This document shows positions 25,495-38,043 of a stretch of DNA of 64,000 nucleotides, in pieces. A program made the position numbers and the translations under genes. The notes under the pieces were generated by a model, which saw only the letters and a list, made by a program, of their open reading frames with translations, was not told the origin of the DNA and did no database searches. How positions within the stretch are numbered: the stretch's first letter is position 1; every line of letters starts with the position of its first letter. Origin of the DNA: Negaprion brevirostris (lineage: Eukaryota); contig JARDVH010000059.1 in assembly GCA_030324005.1 (NCBI GenBank), positions 83,776,783-83,840,782 of the forward strand, given 5' to 3'.

Positions 25495-25830
25495 AGTGTT
25501 TTTATTTGGAGCCTTTCACGCCCCAGGACACGGCAAAGCACTCCACAGCAATGGATTACTTTTGAAACGTGGTCATCGTTGCAATGTTTGAAATGTGGCA
25601 GCTATTTTGTACACAGGAAGCTTCTTAAAACAGCAATGTAACAATGACCAGATATTAATGCTGATGGTTGAGGGATAAATATTGACCTGGACACTGGGGA
25701 CAACTCCCCTGTTCTTCTTTGAAATAGTGTCTAGACACCTTTCACTGAGAGGACAGACGGGGCCTGGGTTTGATGTCTCATCAGAATGACACTGCAGCAC
25801 TCCCTCGGTATCGGCACTGGAGTAGTGATC
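25495..25830 (-). mobile_element. Deu-SINE
   Basis: gttgagggataaatattg...ctgagaggacagacggggcctgggtttgatgtctcatc...gcagcactccctc. Confidence 0.8.
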
Positions 25831-26084
25831 CTGCATGTTTATTCATAGTTACCTTCGAAATGCAGAACACCCAAAAAAATTGTTGTAGAGAATGACAATA
25901 ATTTGCAGTATTACATTGAAAGAGGTAAACTGCTGTCACTAATGGTATATGGCGTTTAACAGATAGCATCTGTTATAATAATGGAGCAGTATAATCTAGA
26001 GACAGAAGTTTCTTTTTACAAAATGGCCAACTAACTCAGCTGCCAATGAAAAATAAACTCTCTTTCAAATGCTGCTTGTAGTGG

Positions 26085-26240
26085 GAACAGGTGGTGATCA
26101 TTTGGCCCCTCGAATCTTTTCTGCCATTTGATTAGGCCATAACTGGTCTGTACTTAACTCTACTTATCTACCTTAGTTCCAAAGGTTTATCCGTCTCTGG
26201 CTTGAAATTTTTAATTGCCCCGTCACCCGCTGCAGCTTCC
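26085..26240 (-). mobile_element. CR1 3' tail
   Basis: gggaacaggtggtgatcatttggcccctcgaatc...gccatttgattaggccataactggtctg. Confidence 0.6.
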
Positions 26241-26739
26241 GCAGACTTTCCAGAGGAGTGAACAGAAGGTTAACTCATGCAAAGTTGTCCAGAGTTGAAA
26301 CTATGAGGATCTGCAGCCAGTGTGGATGGGAAGACTCTGCTAACTTTAAAATTATTGAGGCACGATGTTGATTTAAAGCGTCCTGATCTAATTTTCCCTT
26401 TGCCCAAAATGTTCAGCCTTGTGAATAAAGCCAACCATGAATTACTATAATTCATAAATCTTAAACACTTTATCGATAGATTTTGCCATCGGGCATTTGG
26501 AAATGACTGGTCCAAAAGGCAGTCTTTACTAATCTGTTGACAAAACACTGAGGTTCTGAGTACGAAACATTTGAGCGTGAATGGAAATCTCTTGGTGCAG
26601 TGAGTCAATTCAGCACTATCTGTACAATTTCCTATTTGGTAAAAAGAAAGGTATTTTTCTGATTCATTTTCTATTCATTAAAGCATGACTTGCTACTTAT
26701 CTCTCCAGCTAACAATTTGTTGGCCCCTGTTCATCCTGA

Positions 26740-27000
26740 ATGTCAGTTGTGGTAGCACTCTTGTTTCTGAGTCAGAAAGTTGTGGGTTCAAGTCCCACTC
26801 CAGGGCTTGAGTGCAAGAATTACTCCAGTGCAGTATGACCAAGTGCTGTACTGTCAGATGTGTGGTTTTCTGGGTGCGATGTTAAACTGAGGCCCTGCCT
26901 GCCCTCTCAGGTAGGCACATCAAAAAAAGTACTACATTGACTGTAAAGCACCTTGAGGTGTCTGATGCTTGTGAAAGATTCCACAGAAATGCAAGTCTCC
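26740..27000 (+). mobile_element. Deu-SINE with internal deletion
   Basis: ggtagcactcttgtttctgagtcagaaagttgtgggttcaagtcccactcca head (B box) and tgtaaagcaccttgagg...aaatgcaagtc tail. Confidence 0.8.
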
Positions 27001-27173
27001 TTTTTCTTCTTGATACATTGCACACCTGCCGGGGATACACAGCAGTCACCTCAGTTGATTCTGCTTGTAGATTACTTCTCTTGTAATTGAGGAATGCCGG
27101 AACCTTTACTGCATCCTGATGTTGGTCTCATATTGTGGAGATTTATTGAATGTAAATGCACTTCCTAACACAT

Positions 27174-27480
27174 GGGCAGCATGATGGCACAGTGGTTAGC
27201 ACTGCTGCCTCATAGCGCCAGGGATCCAGGTTTAATTCCTGGCTTGGGTCACTGCCTGTGTGGAGTTTGCACATTCTCCCTGCGTCTGTGTGGGTTTCCT
27301 CCAGGTGTACTGATTTCCTCCGACAGTTCAAAAGGTGTGCTGGTTAGGTGCATTGGCCGTGCTAAATTCTCCCTAAGTATACCTGAGCAGGCGCTGGAGT
27401 GTGGCGACTTGGGGATTCTCACAGTTACTTCATTGCAGTGTTAGTGTAAGCCTACTTGTGACATGAATAAATAAACTTTA
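27174..27480 (+). mobile_element. Full-length HE1-like V-SINE (tail B)
   Basis: gggcagcatgatggcacagtggttagcactgctgcctca...cattgcagtgttagtgtaagcctacttgtgacatgaataaataaacttt. Confidence 0.92.
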
Positions 27481-27644
27481 ACACAGAGCTATTTTATAAC
27501 AAGCCTCTTTGTTCTTAATCTCCTTTCTCTTAAGACTGGCAGACTGATAGTAACTCTTTTGGCACGCAGTGCAGTTCTGAACCATTGCCTGAAATTGTGC
27601 TCGCGTTCAGCTTGCCCCCTGAAAATCATAGCTGCTGCAGCTTA

Positions 27645-27712
27645 AAGTTTATTTATTAGTCACGAGTAAGGCTTACATTAACACTGCAATGAATTTACTG
27701 TCAAAATCCCTT
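27645..27712 (-). mobile_element. Tail-only (5'-truncated) V-SINE tail B
   Basis: aaagttttatttattagtcacgagtaaggcttacattaacactgcaatgaatttactgtcaaaatccc; a similar tail-only copy lies at about 33786-33858. Confidence 0.8.
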
Positions 27713-28359
27713 TCTATCTCATGGTGTTGAAATTATGATATTTGATAGTGTTCAAAAATTTCTTTGGAAACGAGAACCTTTAATGAACAGATTTCAGCAA
27801 ATTCCGTTCAAAACACACCTGGTAAAGTTACAACCCAATTTTACTCATTCAAAATCCTTTAATGAGTATATGAAGTCCTTGGAGCTTGAGACTGTGTTCT
27901 TGTATTGTATAATTTATCCATTAGCCTTTCTTATCTTTTAAAAGATGTTTAACTCCCACGTATAAAATGTCTTCCTTCTCTGTCCTTAGCTTTTTTCTCT
28001 GATCTGGTGTGGTTTAGAGTTATTTAGCCTTTTTGTTAACCATAATTAGTTGACCCACATAACAATGAAGGCCTTCTGGTACCTGCAATACTGAACAAAA
28101 CACATCCAACCTCTGGGTCAGTTTTCTTTGGGCCATTGTGTGTAGCAATATGATTTGCTCAGTTAATAATGCAGAGTGTGAACCTGTTACAGGCCAATGA
28201 CTCCACTGGCACTTAACTACACAATTGTGTTTCAATGGATGGGGAAGTGATGTAGAGGAGTTGCAAATGTTATTTGTGTCCAGGTTACCAAATCTTTTTA
28301 ATCTGGTTGTGAATGCGGTCACATCTGAGCAAAGAATGAAGCCTTGTAACAGAGTTATA

Positions 28360-28710
28360 GGGTGAGGCAGCTCAGGGAATTTGAATTCTGTTCATGAAAT
28401 AAGTCTGGAATTAAAAAGCTCACATTGATAATGATGGCCATGTAACTACCGGTTTGTCATAAAAATCTATCTGGTTCACTAATGTCCTTTGAGGAAGGAA
28501 ATATAATGTCCTTGCCTAGTCTGATCTGTATGTGATCCGACCCTCAGCAGTGTGGTTAACTCTTAACTGCCCTCTGAAATGACCTAGCAAGCCGCTCAGT
28601 AGTATTCAAGAAGGCGGCTCACCACCACCTTCTCAAGGTCAATTAGAGATAGGCAATAAATGCTGGTCTTGCCAGTGACGCCCACATTCTATGAATGAAT
28701 AAAGAAAAGT
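28360..28710 (+). mobile_element. Shark SINE/LINE 3' part (gggcaataaatgctgg tail family)
   Basis: ggttcactaatgtcctttgaggaagg...ttcaagaaggcggctcaccaccaccttctcaagg...caataaatgctggtcttgccagtgacgcccacat...aatgaataaa. Confidence 0.8.
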
Positions 28711-28944
28711 TGAGGCNNNNNNNNNNGTTATTTTCTCTTCCGCCCTCACCAATCCCCCACAGAGTTCTTTGAGACATCTCTCTAAGAAAATACCAATAGA
28801 AATGCTAAGATTCACACCAGAGGGAACTGATCTCATTAGCCAAGAGGAAAGACAGGGCAATTTCTTGGCCTTTCCTTGCAGGTTCAGGCCCAGGTTCGGG
28901 GGTAACCCATGTTGACTTAAATCCTGAAATTAACCACATCAGGG

Positions 28945-29370
28945 AGAGCAGAACAGGCTGGGGCTTTTTTCTTTAAAAGGAGAAAGCTGAGGGGTGACCT
29001 GATAGAGGTCTTTAAAATTGTGAGAGGTTTGACAGGGTAGATGTGAAGAAGATATTTCTACTTGTGTGGAGACCAAAACTAAAGGTCATAAATATAAGAT
29101 TGTCACTAATAAGTTCAATAGGGAATTCAGGAGAAACCTCTTGACCCAGAGAGAGGGAAGAGCATGGCTCTCGTCGTCATGTGGCATGGTCAAGGCAAAT
29201 GATGTAGCATTTAAAGGGAAGTCAGATAAACAAGAGGAAGAAAGGAATTGAAGGATATGGGGATAAATTTTAGATGAAGAGCAGTCTGAGAAGGCTCATG
29301 TGGAGTAGAAACATTGACATAGGCCACTTGGACTAAAAGCCAGTTTCTGTGTAGTACATTGTATGTAATT
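28945..29370 (+). mobile_element. CR1 3' fragment
   Basis: LRGDLIEVFKIV and KTKGHKYKIVTNKFNREFRRN remnants. Confidence 0.8.
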
Positions 29371-30744
29371 GTAGGTGGTATTTAGGGTCATGTGTTTTAT
29401 CTCATCATACATGAACTGAAGAGAGGATAATCCCAGCTGGAAGTAGTGCACATGTGGATGTTGGGGTGGGTGGGAGAATAAGATGAGGTTTTTCTGAAGT
29501 GCTCTCTGTTATCAAGTGATCTGATGAGTCTAAATATCCATGTGGAACCCCAGCGTTGAGTTAGCAGGGTGGGTTCTGTGCTTCTCACTGATGTGAGAGT
29601 ATTTCCCAGAATCAGACTAATCAACAACTCCTGGACTAATTCCCAGTGTATGCGCTTCTACTGTCTATTGGCACAAAATATCTGGTCTGACTTGGAGAGG
29701 CCAAATGGATGGATGCATAGTAGAGGAAATGGTAGTGTCAGAGTGTTCCAGTGATAGGTGCAGGAGTAACCCTCCTAAGAAATGAGTTAAAGCAGGTTGT
29801 CACAAAGGAGTAGATGGTGCTAGTGACACTGAATCATCCAAACTCCATGACAAATTCTGGACCAAAGCCTTATTTCAATGGGGGCACAGATTAGAGAAGT
29901 GGGCAGAGTGGTCAGCGCATCTCTTATTTGCAGGCTCCAGCTTTTAGCTGGCCATTATCTCCTGTAGGTTACCATTAAGGTGTGACAGTGTGGTGAACTT
30001 GCTGCTGGGGAGAAGTTCAAAACGCCATATTCTGTCCAACGCCAACATCCTCAGCAACTCATCACTTCAGTGCCTCTTGGCCCATCGGCCATCCCCAACT
30101 TGGACCTATTGTCCCTGCTCCAGCTCTGCTAGATGTCTCCATTTACTATTGCCAATATGATGATAACAGAAAATATGCCTGAATTGAATATTTGGCTCGG
30201 ACCCCTGCCTTTATTTCTCTTGGAAACTGATTGAAAATGGATGGGGATTTGGCGGTACCATTACCAGCTTGATTTCTGATCCTTGTTTGCTCGATTAATG
30301 ACTCCAAAGCAGTGAAAATTATAAGGGAGTCGTGCCTTCGTAGGCTTTCGTAAGACAAATGGACATAGTTCCAGAAGGCTGCCTGCCAGCCCATGTTCAA
30401 CTACATCTCATCTCCGCTAAATAAAAATAAAAACACTTTCTTATGATTTAAGGATTTGCTAGAAAGCTGTCTTTATTTTTAAGAACTGACTTTGGTACAG
30501 CAGATGTTTCGTCCAAAGGGAAATTGGGTATCAGTTTGAAAAGGAAAGAAAACGCTGAAAAGAAGCACAGGGAACTTGGACAAATTGAATAATACATTCA
30601 GAGAGCCAGAACGATAGATCTGACAGCCTTATTTTGGACAGGATAATTCAATGTTAGAAAATCAATTCTGTCTACACGTTCTATCTATCATTCTATCATT
30701 CAATAATATATGAAATCTCATTTTATTAATGTTCAACACAAAGA

Positions 30745-31150
30745 CATGCGTTTATAAAGTGCATTTAACACCCACAGGACTTCCCAAAGCACTTTACAAT
30801 CAATGAAATACTTTTTTGACATGTAGTCACTGTTGTAATGTTGGAAATGTGACAGTCAATTTGCATACAGCAAACTCCCACCAACAGCAATGTGATTAGA
30901 TAATCTGTTCTAGTTGATAAATATTGGTGAGGACGCCAGGAAGAAATCTGCACAACTGTGGCTCTCCTTTGATGAGGTGGCCACCTGGAGAGGGCTGACT
31001 TCAACTTCCCACCTGAAAGACAGCACCTCCAACAAGGCAGCACTACCTCAGTTCTATGCCAGAAATGTGAGCTTAGATATTTGTGGGACTTGAACCTGCA
31101 ACCTCTGACTTGGAGGTGAGGATGCTACCCACCCGAGCCACAGCTGACAT
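30745..31150 (-). mobile_element. Deu-SINE
   Basis: ctgaaagacagcacctccaac...gggacttgaacctgcaacctctgacttggaggtgaggatgctacc...gagccacagctgac. Confidence 0.82.
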
Positions 31151-31627
31151 TGAGAGGAAATGGCCAGGTAATTCTGGACCCTCGACACTCCTTTTAGAAT
31201 TCTAGTTTGTTTTGTGAAGTTGTGGTGAGCATCACTTTTTGAATTTGCTTTATTGATCGTTTACTATCTTGAAATACTAAGCACAGTTACAAAACTCAGA
31301 ACTCCAGGCTCTTTTAGTTCAGTCAATATGTAAAACATTTATTTTGAACAAGTAAATTTTTTTTTAGCGGATTTGTTTTATTCATGACCTTGAACTTTTA
31401 AAACATTTATGATTTATATGTGTGTGTGCCCAAAGAAATCCAAGTCATCAAAGCTATTCGATACTCTTGCCTTCGGTGAATTTGCTGTTTGGATAGCATT
31501 TTACATAGTGTTTAGTTAACCAGGTTTGGATTTAGTTGCACTGAACCAAGCCAGTTCACTAGTCCCTAACTTATAAATCTTTAAGCAAACAACATTTCTA
31601 ACCCCTTATTTATAAATCTATAGCACT

Positions 31628-32460
31628 TTTCACCGTGGCTAGTTTAAAAACTAGAACCAGAGGGCACAACCTCAGGCCAAAGGGACAATCCTTTAAAACA
31701 GAGATGAGGAGGAATTTTCTTCGGCCAGAGAGTGGTGATTCTGTGGAATTCTTTGCCGCAGAAGGCTATGGAGGCCAGGTCATTGAGTGTCTTTAAGGCA
31801 GAGATAGATAGGTTCTTGACTAATAAGGAGATCGGGATTCTGGGGAAAAGGCAGGAGAATGGGGATGAGAAAAATATCAGCCATGATTGAATGGCGAAGC
31901 AGACTCGATGGGCCGAGTGGCCTAATTCTGCTCCTATGTCTAATGGTCAGGACATCCCCAGGCGCTTCACAGTCAAGAACAAAGAAAAATACAGCACAGG
32001 AACAGGTCCTTCAGCCCTTCAAGCTAATGCCAATCATGATGCTCTAACTAAATTAAAAAAAACCTTCTGCCCTTACTCGGACCGTATCCTTCTATTCCTT
32101 CCCTATTCATGTAATGAACCCATTAGTTATGTTAGAACCAACTTCTATATTTAGATACCTAAGCAGTGATGTGGGATATGGGAAGATACTCTGTACGTTG
32201 TATTGTCTGATGTTCTGAAATACTTTTTTGCCATGTTAGTCTTTTGAAGTAACAGTAAAACTTTGCACTTCTATGCCTCTTAACTGTTGCCAATATGCCT
32301 GCTTCCACCACCACCTCTTGCAGTGCGTTCCTGGCATCCACCACTCTCTGCATTAAAAACTCAATCCGCACATCTCCCTTAAACTTTCCCCCCCTCACCT
32401 TGAACCTGTGCCATCTTGTAATTGACACTTCCACCGTGGGGAAAAGCCTCCGACTACCTA
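31628..32460. mobile_element. Cluster of CR1 3' fragments (+ 31628-31947; - about 31975-32110; - about 32270-32460)
   Basis: gatgggccgagtggcctaattctgctcctatgtc tail; RRLFPTVEVSITRWHRFKVRGGKFKGDVR on the minus strand. Confidence 0.8.
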
Positions 32461-33194
32461 CCCAGCAAAGTGCTTTCTTAATGAAGTATAACCATGTTTG
32501 TAATTTGGAAACATGGCAGCCAATCTGTGCATAGAAAGCTTCCACAAACAGCGATGTACAATGACCACATCTGACGTAATCAGTGTTTCAGACACCCATT
32601 GTTTCCTTTAGTGTTTCTACTTCCACAATGGAAGATTTGTGTCCAGTTTTCAAACCCAGTATTCGAAGGGTTAAAACCTCCTGTACTGGATAGGAATTAT
32701 GTCCTGACTTATGTTTTGAGGTCTTTTGATTTTTTTTCTTCCCCTCCGTGCGACAAGATTGTTCAACAAGTGAAACTGATCTTGGGCTCTATGTAGGACA
32801 TTTCCATACAGTGACCAGTTCCCTGGGTGGAATTATGAATTAGTCACCACATAATTGCAGCTTCTTTCTCTTTTGCCACTGAGTTGTATATTGATACAAA
32901 TCGACAAACATCTCAAAAGAGTGGGCTGCAAACAATAATTTGATGTGGTTTTTAGGCGTTTGGATGTATTTTTACGATGCACTAGGGGAACTTTCTGACC
33001 TGTACATTAGCATTGTAAAAGACACTTCTATCTGTGGACCCTAGCATATGATTAGTCAGCATGTTCATTGCAGAGGCTGTGTTATGGTTAAAATCCTAGC
33101 TTAGTAAAAAGGTGCCAAGCTAATTACTTATTTACCTATTACATATACAATACAGTTAATCATGTGCAGACTTTTATTTTTCTTTATCCTGAAA

Positions 33195-33600
33195 TGGCTG
33201 CCACAAGAGGACATGGGTTTAGGGTGTTGGGGAGTAGGTACAGAGGAGATGTCAGGGGTAAGTTTTTCACTGAGGGTGGTGGGTGCGTGGAATCGGCTGC
33301 CAGCAATGGTGGTGAAGGTGGATTCGATAGGGTCTTTTAAGAGACTNNNNNNNNNNNNNNNNNNNNNNNNNNNNNNNNNNNNNNNNNNNNNNNNNNNNNN
33401 NNNNNNNNNNNNNNNNNNNNNNNNNNNNNNNNNNNNNNNNNNNNNNGCGGATTCGATAGGGTCTTTTAAGAGACTTTTGGATAAGTACACGGGACTTAGT
33501 AAAATAGAGGGTTATAGGTAAGCTTAGTAGGTAGGGACATGTTTGGTGCAACTTGTGGGCCGAAGGGTCTGTTTGTGCTGTAGTTTTTCTATGTTCTTTC
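33195..33600 (+). mobile_element. CR1 3' end spanning a 100-N gap
   Basis: FSLRVVGAWNRLPAMVV...FKRLLDKY; same tail as 1-138. Confidence 0.85.
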
Positions 33601-33879
33601 ATGGGATTTGGGCATATTCGGCAAGGTAAACATTTCTTGACCATCCCTAATTGCCCTCAAACTGAGTGGCTAACTGTATTGTTGCAGAGGGCAGTTAAGA
33701 GTCAACTACATTGTTGTGGATCTGGAGTCACATGTAGGCCAGGCCAGGTGAGGATGGCAGATTTCTTTCCCTAAAGGACATTGTAGTTTACTTATTAGTG
33801 TCACAAGTAGGTTTGCATTATACTGCAATGAAGTTAATGTGAAGATCCCCTTGTCGCTTTGGATTTACATAGCCCCTTC

Positions 33880-34235
33880 AATGCGGCAAAACCGCCTATG
33901 ATGTGGTTATGATTGACAGGATGAAAAAACATTAGGCAGGTGGACAGAAATTTGGTTTTAAGCAGCAGTTTAAAAGAGGAGTGAGAATTAGAGAGGCTGA
34001 GAAGGTAATGGAATGTATTGGAGAGAAAAGGGCTCAGTAGCTGAAGACATGGCTGTCAATGGCAGATTGATTGAAATCGGTGATATTTAAGAGGTTGGAA
34101 GAGGAGGAATGTGGAGATCTCCGGGGGTTGTGAGTTTGGATGAGTTTCTGTGGGCTGTGGCCGTAGGATGACTCAAAAAACAAGGATGGAAATATTAAAT
34201 TTTAGGTTTTGCTGACTGGGAGCCAATACAGATTC
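33880..34235 (-). mobile_element. L2 3' fragment
   Basis: attaggcaggtggacag...agctgaagacatggctgtcaatgg...actgggagccaat. Confidence 0.6.
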
Positions 34236-34824
34236 AATAATAATGACTTGATATTTTGTAATTACTCTGAGCTGAAAGGATATGGATTAAATCTTCAGTT
34301 GTCTAGACCATTAGCTCAGGAATTTCCTCCCTAAACCTCTCCATCTCTTTACCTCACTAATACAGACGTGGGAACAGGGTTTGCAGGAGTTAAGAAGGGA
34401 AAAATACACATTGTCGAGATGTAGTCATTAACCTAACAGCTCCTCAACCTCAACTATTTCATTAAATTCCCCTTTGCTTCCTTCAGTCAAATACATCGAC
34501 TTAAAATTCCTGATCAACTGTTATCTTTGTTATTGAATATATGATGCGTGTATAATTTTACATTGCAATTGTCATTTTTCATTTGAAATTATCAAAACAC
34601 TTCTGAATTGAACATAACCTGATAAATTGCATCTTCTAGTGATCCAGTGTTATTCCATTGGAATCCCCACTGTGCCTCCGCTATCGGGATGGCAGAACGT
34701 TTGGGAGTCAGTGGCCTCAGTAGATATAGAACACAAAAACTTGTCTATACCTAAGACCCTTGTGTTCCTATATTATATTTTTAACATGCTTGGGTAACTT
34801 TTTCAAGGAGATTTTAATTTGATT

Positions 34825-35726
34825 TAATTATTAGTGCCACAGGTAGGTTACATTAACACTGCAATGAAGTTATTGTGAAAATCCCTCTGTTGCCACACTC
34901 TGGCACCTGTTCAGGTACACTGAAGGAGAATTTAGTATGGCCAGTGCACCTAAGTGGCATGTTTTTTGAACTGTGGGAGGAAACCAGAGCACCCAGAGGA
35001 AACCCATGCAGATACTGGGAGAATATACAGACTGGATAGACAGTGACCCAAGCCGAGAATCAAACCCAGGTCCCTGGCACTGTGAGGCGACAGCGCTGGG
35101 GCATTGAGTTTAAAAATTGACAAGTCATGTTGCAGCTTTATAGAACCTTAGTTAGGCCACACTTGGAATATAATGTTCAATTCTGGTTGTCCCACTACCA
35201 GAAGGATGTGGAGGCTTTGGAGAGGTTACAGAAAAGATTTACCAGGATGTTTCCTGTCATGGAGGGCATTAGCTATGAGGAGAGGTTGGAGAAACTTGGT
35301 TTGTTCTCACTGGAACGATGGAGGTTGAGGGGCGACCTGNNNNNNNNNNNNNNNNNNNNNNNNNNNNNNNNNNNNNNNNNNNNNNNNNNNNNNNNNNNNN
35401 NNNNNNNNNNNNNNNNNNNNNNNNNNNNNNNNNNNNNNNNNNNNNNNNNNNNNNNNNNNNNNNNNNNNNNNNNNNNNNNNNNNNNNNNNNNNNNNNNNNN
35501 NNNNNNNNNNNNNNNNNNNNNNNNNNNNNNNNNNNNNNNNNNNNNNNNNNNNNNNNNNNNNNNNNNNNNNNNNNNNNNNNNNNNNNNNNNNNNNNNNNNN
35601 NNNNNTTTTAGTTCAGTCGGGCAGCATGGTCAGTGCAGGCTTGGAGGGCTGAAGGGCCTGTTCCTGAGCTGTAATTTTCTTTATTCTTTGTTCTTTTTTG
35701 CTAAAGACAGTGCCACTGTGCCGCCT
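34825..35726 (-). mobile_element. HE1-like V-SINE (tail B) split by a CR1 insertion
   Basis: SINE runs 34825-35097 (...ctgtgaggcgacagcgct) and resumes at about 35700 (gctaaagacagtgccactgtgccgcc). Confidence 0.85.
35098..35698 (+). mobile_element. Young CR1/HER1-like LINE 3' fragment
   Basis: MLQLYRTLVRPHLEYNVQFW...LERLQKRFTRM...SYEERLEKLGLFSLE..RLRGDL; tail ttctttgttc. Confidence 0.92.
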
Positions 35727-36242
35727 TAAATCACAGAATTCAGCTATGTTGGCACAGATTTGGGAGTTGTAATGAAGCTAGACTTGTTAACATTTGCTGT
35801 TATTACTCCGAAACTGCCAACAGCTTCCTGTGTCAGCACAAATGCAGTTCAATCCAGACATTGCTGTCAGTGATTTTTTTTTCCCCCCATTCTTCCACAG
35901 GGTGAGCTGTTCAAGCCGTCTTCAGTGTTAGTCAATTGGAAATCACTGAATTGATGTGAACTTCCACAATTTACACTGGCTGTAAAAGTTACACATTGAA
36001 TGAGGTGTAACTTGGTTTTTAGCAACATATTAATTCATAGTCACCCATGAACAACTCCATGGCCCTGAAAAACTAATCTTAAAGTTGTAGAATATCAAAT
36101 TTCTCATTTCTATGACTTTTCTGGATTTTTAAAATGAAGAATAATCATTTTTTGGTGTTTCAGCATCTACCTTAATGCCAGGTGAATGCCCCAATCTTTA
36201 ATTTCACTTTCTGTACAACAAAAAATGACAAAGGGTGAATGG

Positions 36243-36372
36243 AACCTGACGCAGGATCATCCTGACTCGAAACATTGGCTCTATTCTCTCTCCACAGATG
36301 CTGTCAGACCTGCTGAGTTTTTCCAGCATTTTCTTCTTTGTCCTAGATTCTAGCCTCCGCTGTATTTTGATG
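36243..36372 (+). mobile_element. Penelope-like terminal fragment with hammerhead-like motif
   Basis: ctgacgcaggatcatcctgactcgaaac...ctctctccacagatgctgtcagacctgctgagtttttccagcattttc. Confidence 0.7.
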
Positions 36373-37165
36373 CTATCTTGTGATAAAACCTTTCTGGTTT
36401 GTTATCTGTGAGAATTCTTCAATACGATTGGCATTTTCCCTTTCTTGATATCATCATTGCTGCTGCACACCTGATTCGCCACAGCTGGCACCAGATCCAA
36501 GCTAAGATGAAATCCATGCCACTGGGATGGCTAAGTCACAGCAGCTGGCTTTCTTTGAGGTCAGCGGTGAGCTGTCACTTTGCTACTAGCTGCAAAACCC
36601 AGACCAATCCATTCTTGGATACAGATTAAAGATCCCAGCCATTATCGCTGGTCCAGATGCTATCTAAACAAGCTGCGTTAAATTAATCAAAATGCTGGAA
36701 GTGTGTTCACATATGTAAAAAGACAGGGCCATTTTCCTTTGCAGGTGTAAACCTTTGTCAAAATTGAATTAATCTGTCTTTTTTTAAGAGGGGTTGACAG
36801 ATGTTTACAACATTTGCAGTTTGCTTTTAGACATTTGGGCTCTTTGCATTTTTAGCCACTGGCCATTTGCAGCTTTGCGGTTGTGCTTTTTAAACTACTT
36901 TACCCAACTAGTGGACATGTTTAACGCAGCCGTTTGATTTAGAGAAGTGGCAAGGGGCGGACCCCCGCCTGCCGCTGGATTTGTAGCAGGCAGGACACGG
37001 ACCGTACAAAGGTCCACTGATCTCGGACAGGATTTTTTGGCTTTTGAGCAAGTGTGGATGGAAAATTCTGCACCAGGTGTTTTCTTTATTTTGGCCAGTG
37101 TTACGGTCAGTCAGACATGTGGACGTAGCTCCATTTTTAGCAAGCATTTAGCCAGCAAGGAATCG

Positions 37166-37985
37166 CAGTGATTCTCAAAACTTTCTTGTCCCGCGGACCA
37201 CTTGAGCAGGCAAAAGGCCACCTGCTGGTTTCACACCACCCACTTATCATAAAATGCTCATCACAATTAATAAGAACTTGGGGTGATTATAAATATTGTG
37301 CTTTTTTTATCTATTAAATGTGGATTAATTTTTTAAACTAAATTTAATTAAATTATTAACTCATGCCAGAGGTAGAGATATTTTCATCTTGTAAACATCA
37401 AGACAACAGTGATCTCAGAATCCCTACAGTGCAGAAGGAGGCCATGGAGACAATCGAACACAATCCCACCAGGCCCTATCCCCATAACCCAATGCATTTA
37501 CCCTAGCTAGTCCCCCTGACACTACAGGGACAATTTAGCCTGGCAATCCACCTGACCCGCACATCTTTGGGCCCTGGGAGGAAACCGGAGCACCTGGAGG
37601 AAACCCATGCAGACACGGGGAGAACATGCAAACTCCATGCAGATAGTGACCCAAGGCTGGAATTGTACCCTGGTGCTGTGAGGCATGCCTCTGAGAGCAT
37701 GCTTATTTGAAACATTCTAATATGTGTTATAAAATCATCACAATAATCTCCCAAGAAGCTAATACATCTATGTTAAGCAAGCAAAATCAACAGTGGTATA
37801 AAACTATGTTGCTTGTATTCACAACCAGCTGTGCCACGCAACTNNNAGGGCAGTCTGGTTGAGTGATGTCACTCGAGTGGTGGGGAAGAGTGTTATGACC
37901 TGCTGTCTCGGCTCTGCAGGCTAGTGACTTGTACTTTGGGCTAGTCCACAGACCACCTAGAGGGCACGCTTTCGAGAACCCAACT
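37166..37985. mobile_element. Decayed hAT-Charlie-like MITE containing a V-SINE
   Basis: Left end CAGTGATTCTCAAA...ccgcggaccac; right end gtccacagaccac...tttcgagaaccca (degenerate inverted terminus). Confidence 0.5.
37417..37685 (-). mobile_element. HE1-like V-SINE, tail A
   Basis: agaatccctacagtgcagaaggaggccat tail; V-domain gggaggaaaccggagcacctggaggaaacccatgcagac. Confidence 0.85.
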
Positions 37986-38024
37986 CGGCTCATCCATCAA
38001 ATCAGCTCCTTGCAAGTAAAATAC

Positions 38025-38043
38025 TGGCCACCAGGTGGCACCT
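38025..38043 (+). promoter_or_regulatory. Predicted CTCF binding site
   Basis: TGGCCACCAGGTGGCAC matches the TGGCCASYAGRKGGCRS core. Confidence 0.55.

Noticed and set aside
27174-27250. tRNA-like A and B boxes in many places
   Set aside because: These are heads of tRNA-derived SINEs, not tRNA genes; no complete cloverleaf, and each continues into SINE core sequence.
33320-33474. Identical sequence on both sides of 100-N gaps (also 39224-39299 versus 39400-39476, and 42838-42854 versus 42955-42970)
   Set aside because: Near-exact repeats flanking fixed-length 100-N gaps are most simply unmerged contig overlaps, not biological tandem duplications.
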